Positions 5,150 to 10,576 of a stretch of DNA of 11,240 bases are shown one piece after another. Within the stretch, counting starts at the first letter, position 1, and every line of letters starts with the position of its first letter. The translations under genes and the position numbers were made by a program. Under the pieces are notes generated by a model, which was given only the letters and a program-made list of their open reading frames with translations, was not told the DNA's origin and searched no databases. The stretch covers positions 1-11,240 of the forward strand of contig CAIXNZ010000090.1 in the NCBI GenBank assembly GCA_903920975.1, in the 5' to 3' direction. The DNA is from Candidatus Falkowbacteria bacterium (GTDB taxonomy: Bacteria; Patescibacteriota; Patescibacteriia; CAIXNZ01).

Positions 5150-6343
5150 ATGCAATTAAAATCCATTGAACAAATTAAAAATCTAAAAAATAAGCGTGTT
5201 TTAGTACGCGTTGATTATAATGTTGATATTGCCAAAGGCAAAGTAACAGAACCCGAAAGAATTGACAGGACTTTCACTACTATTAATTATTTGGTCAAAA
5301 ATAAAGCTAAGGTAATATTGATGTCTCATTTGGGCAGGCCAGATGGACAGCGGGTGGAAAAATACAGCCTGAGGCCGGTTTATGGCTACTTAGACAAAAT
5401 GGCCAAAAGACCAGTTTATTTTGTTAATGATTGCATTGGCAATGCTGTTAAAGAAAAAATTGAGAAAATGCAGGCTGGGCAAATTTTGCTTTTAGAAAAT
5501 TTGCGATTTTATAGCGGGGAAGAAGCTAATGACACAAAATTTGCCCGCGAACTTGCTTCATTGGCTGACATTTATGTTAATGACGCCTTTGCCGTTGTGC
5601 ATCGCGCTCACGCTTCTGTAGCGGCAATAACCAAATATTCGCCGAGCTACGCAGGTTTTAATTTAATTGACGAGGTGAAGAATTTATCTAAATTATTGAG
5701 TGGCTTTAAAAAACCGGCCGTGGCAATCATTGGCGGAGTCAAAATTTCTACTAAGATTAAAGTTCTGGAGAATTTTTGCAAAAAATATGACAAGGTTTTG
5801 ATTGGCGGAGCACTTGCTAATAATTTTTTTGTCGCTAAAAAATATAATATTGGCCAATCAGTTTTTGAAGCAGATTTTGTAAAATTATCCAAACGCTTAT
5901 TGGACAAATACAAGAAAAAAATCATTCTACCCCTTGATGTTGTTATAACTAATAAAGTCGATATGAGCGGGAAAAAGGAAATCGTTAAAGTGACTGATTT
6001 AAATAAGCAAAAAAACAAAAAGTTTCTAATCGTTGATATTGGCACTAAAACAGAATTATATTTTGAAAGTTTTATTAAATCTTCCAGCACTTTTGTCTGG
6101 AATGGAGCCATGGGCGTATTTGAAATCCCGCAATTCGCTCACGGTAGTGATTATCTGGCCAGAATTATGGCCATGCAATCTCGGGGAGATGCTTATGGCG
6201 CAGTCGGCGGCGGAGACACCATAATCCTTATTAAGAGAAATTATTTGGAAAATTGGTATGATTTTGTTTCAACGGGCGGGGGAGCAATGCTGGAATTTCT
6301 GGAAGGTAAAGTTTTACCCGGCATTAAACCACTAGTAAGATGA
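5150..6343 (+). CDS. pgk: Phosphoglycerate kinase
   Basis: Motifs VLVRVDYNV, MSHLGRP, LLENLRF and the C-terminal STGGGAMLEFLEGK. Start placed at ATG 5150 (MQLKSIEQ) rather than the TTG at 5123. Confidence 0.93.
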   Translation: MQLKSIEQIKNLKNKRVLVRVDYNVDIAKGKVTEPERIDRTFTTINYLVKNKAKVILMSHLGRPDGQRVEKYSLRPVYGYLDKMAKRPVYFVNDCIGNAVKEKIEKMQAGQILLLENLRFYSGEEANDTKFARELASLADIYVNDAFAVVHRAHASVAAITKYSPSYAGFNLIDEVKNLSKLLSGFKKPAVAIIGGVKISTKIKVLENFCKKYDKVLIGGALANNFFVAKKYNIGQSVFEADFVKLSKRLLDKYKKKIILPLDVVITNKVDMSGKKEIVKVTDLNKQKNKKFLIVDIGTKTELYFESFIKSSSTFVWNGAMGVFEIPQFAHGSDYLARIMAMQSRGDAYGAVGGGDTIILIKRNYLENWYDFVSTGGGAMLEFLEGKVLPGIKPLVR

Positions 6344-6555
6344 ATTTAGATGAAATGCAAAAAACAGAAGATAAGTTGGGAGAAATCAGGGCAATCCTAA
6401 ATCCAGTTGATGCGCCATATATTTGCGATGTCATTATCAATAATATCAGCGATGAAATGTTGAATGATTTAATCATGGATATGATGGTGAAAATGGGGTA
6501 TAATAAGAAAAAGATATTAAAAATTGCTCAAATTATTAATCAAATACAATCATAA
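6340..6555 (+). CDS. 71-aa hypothetical protein, start overlapping the pgk stop
   Basis: ATGA overlap at 6340..6343 suggests translational coupling. The sequence is non-repetitive and I recognise no motif. Confidence 0.5.
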   Translation: MNLDEMQKTEDKLGEIRAILNPVDAPYICDVIINNISDEMLNDLIMDMMVKMGYNKKKILKIAQIINQIQS

Positions 6556-6580
6556 TAATTAAAAATTAATAAACAATTTT

Positions 6581-7354
6581 ATGAACACTTGTTGGCCAAA
6601 ATTTAAAGAAAACCCAATACTTTGTATTTTGGGTATCTTACTGCTTTTAGCTCTAATATTTGTCTTAGTTTTTTGGGCATTAAATCTTTATAAGCAGAAC
6701 TATTACATTGGGAAAAATCCTCAAATTGACAGAACAATTACAATTACTGGCGAGGGTAAAGTAACAGCTATTCCTGATATTGCCACTTTAAGCTTGGGCA
6801 TGGACAATACTAACATGGACATACAGGTTGCTCAAAAGAAAAATTCAGACACCATAACTGCTTTAATCAATGCCTTAAAAGCGCTGGATATTTCAAAAGA
6901 TGATATTCAGACCACCAATTACAGCATTTATCCGCAATATGATTGGAATAATGGTAAGCAGACTCTGACAGGCTATACTATTTCTCAAAACGTTACTGTA
7001 AAAATTAGGCAAACTGACAAAGTTGATCAGGTATTAAAAGTTGTCGGTGATTTGAAATTAAACCAAGTTGGCGGCTTATCATTTGATATTGATCAGCCAG
7101 AGATTTATAGACAGCAAGCTAGAATTTTGGCTTTGCAAAATGCCAAGGCCAAAGCTGACGCACTGGCAAAAATTATGGGCGTAAAACTGGGCAAAGTAAT
7201 TTCTTTTAATGAGTCAGGCACCGTTCCATCGGCTTATCCAATATATGCAGATAAAGCTGTTTCTGGAATGGGTGGAGGCGGCACAGCCCCGTCTATTTCT
7301 GCTGGTAGCCAGGATATTATTATTGATGCGTCAGTCGTTTATGAATTAGACTAA
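6581..7354 (+). CDS. SIMPL/DUF541 (BP26-like) protein with N-terminal membrane anchor
   Basis: Hydrophobic helix ILCILGILLLLALIFVLVFWAL, then ITITGEGKVTAIPDIATLSLG, typical of the SIMPL domain start. Confidence 0.75.
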   Translation: MNTCWPKFKENPILCILGILLLLALIFVLVFWALNLYKQNYYIGKNPQIDRTITITGEGKVTAIPDIATLSLGMDNTNMDIQVAQKKNSDTITALINALKALDISKDDIQTTNYSIYPQYDWNNGKQTLTGYTISQNVTVKIRQTDKVDQVLKVVGDLKLNQVGGLSFDIDQPEIYRQQARILALQNAKAKADALAKIMGVKLGKVISFNESGTVPSAYPIYADKAVSGMGGGGTAPSISAGSQDIIIDASVVYELD

Positions 7355-7359
7355 AAAAG

Positions 7360-8619
7360 ATGTTTTCTTCGCGTAAGATAAAAAAAATTCAAGCGCTAGA
7401 AATTTTAGATTCTCGGGGGAATCCCACCCTTGAGGTTATTGTTTATTTAAAAAATGGCATTAGCGGCAAGGCAGCCGTACCTTCGGGCGCTTCAACTGGC
7501 AGTCATGAAGCTTTGGAATTGCGCGATAATGACAAGAAGCGTTTTGGCGGCAAAGGCGTGCAAAAAGCCATTAAGCATGTTAACACTGAAATTAATTTTT
7601 TACTGAAAAATCTTGATGTCACCAAGCAACAGGATATTGATAAACTTATGATTAAGCTTGACGACTCTGATAATAAAGCAAATTTGGGAGCCAATGCAAT
7701 GCTGGGCGTTTCTTTGGCCTGTGCAGTTGCAGGCGCAAAAGTGTTAAATTTACCTTTATATAAATATTTAAGGCAAGTTTACCACATACACTATAAAGCT
7801 TTTCGTCTGCCTCGGCCCATGATGAATGTTCTAAACGGCGGCAAGCATGCCAATTGGGCCACTGATATCCAGGAGTTTATGATTGTGCCAAAGTCAGGCT
7901 CTATAGCAAAAAGAGTACAAATTGGCAGTGAAATATTTCATGCTTTAGCCAATATTTTGGAGGAAAAGAACTATGCGACACTGGTTGGTGATGAGGGCGG
8001 TTTTGCTCCAAAATTAAAGAAAAATGAAATGGCCTTAGATTTATTAGTGATGGCTATAAAAAAAGCTGGGTATAAATTAACCAAAGATGTTGATTTGGCC
8101 ATTGATTGCGCAGCTTCAGAATTTTTTAAAAAAACCAATAAGACTTATAGGTTGAACGGAAAAAAATTTACAACAGGTCGTTTAATCAATCTATATAAAA
8201 AATGGGTAAAAAAATATAAATTAATTTCCATTGAAGACGGCTTGGCAGAAGATGATTGGCAGGGCTGGCGAAATCTGACTAAAAAAATAGGCGCCAAATG
8301 CATGTTGATTGGCGATGATTTATTTGTAACTAATAGCGAAAGATTACAAAAGGGGATTAATATACAAGCTGGCAATGCCATTCTAATTAAGCCAAATCAA
8401 ATAGGCACTCTGACTGAAACCGTGGCTACAATTTATCTGGCAAAAATGAATAATTATAAAGTGATAGTTTCTCATAGAAGCGGTGAAACTTGCGATTCAT
8501 TTATCTCTGATTTGACAGTGGCAGTTAACGCTGAATTTATTAAAGCCGGATCTTTGAGTCGGGGAGAGCGAGTAGCAAAATACAATCGGCTGATAGAAAT
8601 ACAACAAGAATTAATTTAA
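7360..8619 (+). CDS. eno: Enolase (phosphopyruvate hydratase)
   Basis: Motifs ILDSRGNPTLEV, SGASTGSHEALELRD, IKPNQIGTLTE, SHRSGET and SLSRGERVAKYN. Confidence 0.95.
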   Translation: MFSSRKIKKIQALEILDSRGNPTLEVIVYLKNGISGKAAVPSGASTGSHEALELRDNDKKRFGGKGVQKAIKHVNTEINFLLKNLDVTKQQDIDKLMIKLDDSDNKANLGANAMLGVSLACAVAGAKVLNLPLYKYLRQVYHIHYKAFRLPRPMMNVLNGGKHANWATDIQEFMIVPKSGSIAKRVQIGSEIFHALANILEEKNYATLVGDEGGFAPKLKKNEMALDLLVMAIKKAGYKLTKDVDLAIDCAASEFFKKTNKTYRLNGKKFTTGRLINLYKKWVKKYKLISIEDGLAEDDWQGWRNLTKKIGAKCMLIGDDLFVTNSERLQKGINIQAGNAILIKPNQIGTLTETVATIYLAKMNNYKVIVSHRSGETCDSFISDLTVAVNAEFIKAGSLSRGERVAKYNRLIEIQQELI

Positions 8620-8632
8620 TTTATAATAAAAA

Positions 8633-8658
8633 GGCCCGTCGGAAAGCGGGTTTTTTTT
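8633..8658 (+). terminator. Rho-independent terminator after eno
   Basis: Short GC stem CCCG (8635..8638) / CGGG (8647..8650) followed by an 8-T run. Confidence 0.6.
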
Positions 8659-8668
8659 ATTTGATGAA

Positions 8669-8786
8669 GAGCGAAAACGGCTGTTATCATTGTTGTAGAG
8701 ACGCGCCATGGCGCGTCTCTACGGCGTACGCAAACCGTTGTAGAGACGCATTGCAATGCGTCTCTACGTTCTGGCCGTTTTCGCCC
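8669..8786. repeat. Clamped composite palindromic element E2 (GCGAAAACGGC...GCCGTTTTCGC) enclosing two tandem 28-nt perfect palindromes
   Basis: The outer 11-bp inverted repeat is 8671..8681 / 8774..8784. The inner palindromes are GTAGAGACGCGCCATGGCGCGTCTCTAC (8695..8722) and GTAGAGACGCATTGCAATGCGTCTCTAC (8740..8767). Confidence 0.85.
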
Positions 8787-8795
8787 ACAAGAACC

Positions 8796-8824
8796 TTGAC
8801 AAAATTAAATTTTTGCTCTATACT
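8796..8824 (+). promoter_or_regulatory. Sigma70 promoter of the 63-aa ORF cassette
   Basis: TTGACA (8796..8801), 17 nt, TATACT (8819..8824). Confidence 0.75.
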
Positions 8825-8830
8825 TTTAAA

Positions 8831-9019
8831 TCGAACCTTAAAAATATCTCTTGCTGAAAGGACAAGAGATTAAAAATATTGACCTCCGGTTATTGTTTAT
8901 TCCTGTATCATCGAGAAAAACTTCTCCCCGGATTATGAACGCCAAAAATGAAAAGGGCGAACAAAAAAGGGGAAAGGACAGGAACAAACTAACCGGCAAG
9001 TAATTGCCAAGGAGGTCTT
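8831..9019 (+). promoter_or_regulatory. Structured 5' leader, copy L1 (SD-sequestering; candidate cis-regulatory RNA)
   Basis: Non-coding stretch between promoter and ATG. It has a hairpin 8846..8870. GACCTCCGGTT (8881..8891) is complementary to AACC (8991..8994) and to the SD GGAGGTC (9011..9017). A junction hairpin GGCAA-GTAA-TTGCC lies at 8995..9008. It is homologous to 9727..9898. Confidence 0.65.
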
Positions 9020-9211
9020 ATGTTGAGATTTTCGAAGATGAGCGATGAGGAGATTAAGGAGTTGATGGCTAAGCCTATATCCAAGGAAGACGCAGATAGG
9101 TTGCACAAGATCAATGAGGAAGACAGATGGATGCTTTCTATGTTTCTAATTAGTGAAGCATCCAGTGAAGAACGAGCGTCCGGTAAAGCGAAGCCAAAAC
9201 GCAAGAGATAA
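9020..9211 (+). CDS. 63-aa highly charged hypothetical protein with Lys/Arg-rich tail (KAKPKRKR)
   Basis: ORF track. AAGGAGGTC lies 2 nt upstream of the ATG. It has a dedicated promoter and terminator. Confidence 0.7.
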   Translation: MLRFSKMSDEEIKELMAKPISKEDADRLHKINEEDRWMLSMFLISEASSEERASGKAKPKRKR

Positions 9212-9223
9212 CTTTTGCATTCA

Positions 9224-9252
9224 AGGCCTGCTGCAAAGCGGGCCTTTTTTTT
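9224..9252 (+). terminator. Rho-independent terminator of the 63-aa cassette
   Basis: AGGCCTGC (9224..9231) / GCGGGCCT (9238..9245) followed by a T-run. It is near-identical to the terminator at 10388..10416. Confidence 0.8.
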
Positions 9253-9262
9253 ATTCCAATTA

Positions 9263-9291
9263 TTGACAAATATATTAAAATATGCTATTAT
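9263..9291 (+). promoter_or_regulatory. Sigma70 promoter of the small membrane-protein cassette
   Basis: TTGACA (9263..9268), 17 nt, TATTAT (9286..9291). Confidence 0.75.
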
Positions 9292-9322
9292 TTTACTAAA
9301 TTAATCGAAAAAGGAGGGAGTG

Positions 9323-9634
9323 ATGATACACTATTTTTTGGTCCATTATTTTCAGACGTACTTGCTTATCGGATTGATTCTGACCGCATCTCTGTATTTC
9401 ATTTTCCTGAATGAGTTCGTGAACGAGGACAAGAAAATCGCCGCCATCTTGTTCCTTATCATCATCGCACTAATCTGGCCACTTTATCCGCTGGCGTTCA
9501 TCGAGGCCCTGATTGTCAGGACCCAAATCATCGGTACAACCGTGGCCATTCTCTTCGGGTGTATGTATAACTACATGTGGCATGGAAGGTTTACGCCCTT
9601 TCCGCCTTCACTAAGTGAGGAAGAAGAACTCTAA
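9323..9634 (+). CDS. 103-aa integral membrane protein (about 3 TM helices) with acidic C-terminal tail SLSEEEEL
   Basis: AGGAGG at 9312..9317, 5 nt before ATG 9323; the GTG at 9320 is too close to the SD. Three hydrophobic stretches: YLLIGLILTASLYFIFL, IAAILFLIIIALIWPLYPLAFI, IIGTTVAILFGCMY. Confidence 0.75.
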   Translation: MIHYFLVHYFQTYLLIGLILTASLYFIFLNEFVNEDKKIAAILFLIIIALIWPLYPLAFIEALIVRTQIIGTTVAILFGCMYNYMWHGRFTPFPPSLSEEEEL

Positions 9635-9648
9635 AAGATTGCCATAAC

Positions 9649-9681
9649 ACAACCGGAGCTAAAAACTTCGGTTGTTTTTTT
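9649..9681 (+). terminator. Rho-independent terminator of the membrane-protein cassette
   Basis: ACAACCG (9649..9655) / CGGTTGT (9669..9675) followed by TTTTTT. Confidence 0.7.
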
Positions 9682-9691
9682 ATATTTTCTA

Positions 9692-9720
9692 TTGACAAAA
9701 TATAATTTTTGCGCTAAAAT
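9692..9720 (+). promoter_or_regulatory. Sigma70 promoter of paralogue cassette 3
   Basis: TTGACA (9692..9697), 17 nt, TAAAAT (9715..9720). Confidence 0.75.
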
Positions 9721-9726
9721 ACCAAA

Positions 9727-9898
9727 TCATGAATCTTAAAAATATCTCTTGCGAAAGGACAAGAGATTGGAAATATTGACCTCCGGTTATTGTTATTCCC
9801 AAACCCAAGCCGCCAAAAAAGAAGAGGCGAAAAGAAGTGGGGAAAGAATTGGGAACAATAACTCAAACCGGCAAAGTAATTTGCCAGGGAGGTCTGAA
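9727..9898 (+). promoter_or_regulatory. Structured 5' leader, copy L2 (SD-sequestering; candidate cis-regulatory RNA)
   Basis: Homologous to L1. It has a hairpin 9744..9767, anti-SD GACCTCCGGTT at 9778..9788, junction hairpin GGCAAA-GTAA-TTTGCC at 9870..9885 and SD GGAGGTC at 9888..9894. Confidence 0.65.
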
Positions 9899-10372
9899 AT
9901 GGAAATCGAATTACAAATTGTTAGTGTTGAAAAAACTCACACCGTAATAGTTGATTACAATAAATCTCTTAAAGAGATGATAGCGCTTGGTGATTTTGAC
10001 GGGGTCGATCCAGAGATTATCGAGGTTGAACCATTTATAATTCAGGGTACTGACCAGCGAACGATGGAACTCTATTTGGCTATATTCAATCGTCATCCGG
10101 TCTCTGATAATGAGGCTACTGACAAACTCAGAAATGATGGATTTGAGCCAGCCGGAATCGAGTTTATAATTGCGCTTGGCGCTGTATGGATGATGCCTTC
10201 CAGAGAAATAATGATCTGGTCACTTCAGGAAGGCTCGGGACATTATAATCCTGTTTGGCCAGGCCTTGCTGTCAACGAGAATGGAAAATGCATTGTACTT
10301 GATAGTTGGTCACCTTGGGACGACCATTGTCCTGGTCGCCTCGGCTATTATTTGGTTTTTAAAAAACAATAG
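9899..10372 (+). CDS. Paralogue family member P3 (157 aa), most divergent copy, ending YYLVFKKQ
   Basis: ATG at 9899 follows GGGAGGTC. The ORF-track start at 9749 (TTG) would translate the conserved leader, whose counterpart L1 has stops in that frame. Shared motifs: VIVDY, KEMI, FD, FIIQG, EL, PAGIEFIIALGAVW. Confidence 0.8.
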   Translation: MEIELQIVSVEKTHTVIVDYNKSLKEMIALGDFDGVDPEIIEVEPFIIQGTDQRTMELYLAIFNRHPVSDNEATDKLRNDGFEPAGIEFIIALGAVWMMPSREIMIWSLQEGSGHYNPVWPGLAVNENGKCIVLDSWSPWDDHCPGRLGYYLVFKKQ

Positions 10373-10387
10373 ATATTTTCGAAATTA

Positions 10388-10416
10388 AGGCCTGCTGTAA
10401 AAGCGGGCCTTTTTTT
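10388..10416 (+). terminator. Rho-independent terminator of paralogue cassette 3
   Basis: AGGCCTGC (10388..10395) / GCGGGCCT (10403..10410) followed by a T-run. Confidence 0.8.
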
Positions 10417-10426
10417 ATTGATTTAA

Positions 10427-10518
10427 AGCGAAAACGCTTTGGCCATATAAAACTCTAAAGAGTGAATTCCGTATTCGGATTTTAGGCTTTAGCCTTTTAT
10501 CTTAACAGCGTTTTCGCT
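10427..10518. repeat. Clamped composite palindromic element E3 (AGCGAAAACGCT...AGCGTTTTCGCT)
   Basis: The outer 12-bp perfect inverted repeat is 10427..10438 / 10507..10518. Inside are three mini-hairpins: ACTCT-AA-AGAGT, GAATTCCG...CGGATT and AGGCT-TT-AGCCT. Confidence 0.8.
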
Positions 10519-10539
10519 AAATTGAATGGGTTTATTTAT

Positions 10540-10568
10540 TTGAATATAGGTGCATTTTGGTGTAAAAT
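10540..10568 (+). promoter_or_regulatory. Possible promoter of gpmI, giving a near-leaderless mRNA
   Basis: TTGAAT (10540..10545), 17 nt, TAAAAT (10563..10568). The ATG at 10577 is only about 8 nt after the -10 and has no SD. Confidence 0.35.
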
Positions 10569-10576
10569 ATAGGTAT

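Noticed and set aside
2330-8381. Antisense or alternative-frame ORFs inside P2, rsmE, pgk and eno (2330..2587, 2421..2630, 2663..2953, 4101..4310, 5647..6111, 6033..6224, 7503..7694, 8145..8381)
   Set aside because: All are embedded in or overlap genes with strong motif support on the + strand. They are low-complexity products typical of AT-rich antisense frames.
8695-8767. CRISPR array
   Set aside because: There are only two units. Each is a perfect palindrome that differs at its centre, the spacer is just 17 nt, and no cas genes or leader are present.
8661-8873. 70-aa ORF across element E2
   Set aside because: It is encoded by the two palindromes (repeated CRDA..VST peptides), the clamp and the cassette promoter, so it is a repeat artefact.
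8935-9003. 22-aa mini-ORF (MNAKNEKGEQKRGKDRNKLTGK) inside leader L1 as a possible leader peptide
   Set aside because: It has no SD. L2 has no equivalent ATG, and indels shift the frame. The similarity is explained by nucleotide-level conservation of the purine-rich region.
9749-9898. TTG start at 9749 extending P3 by 50 aa through the leader
   Set aside because: The homologous leader L1 has stop codons in the corresponding frame. The start lies inside the conserved 5' hairpin, and the ATG at 9899 has the SD.
8831-9898. Retron msr/msd or IS200/605-type guide (omega/reRNA) interpretation of the leaders
   Set aside because: No reverse transcriptase, TnpB or IscB gene is adjacent. The flanking inverted repeat ends in the SD of a downstream ORF, which fits a cis-acting mRNA leader better.
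1216-10518. Canonical integron with attC sites
   Set aside because: The clamp ends (GCGAAAAC / GTTTTCGC) do not fit the attC core RYYYAAC / GTTRRRY. The cassettes carry their own promoters and terminators. One clamp pair does not follow each ORF, and no intI is in the window. Only the loose analogy is kept in the findings.
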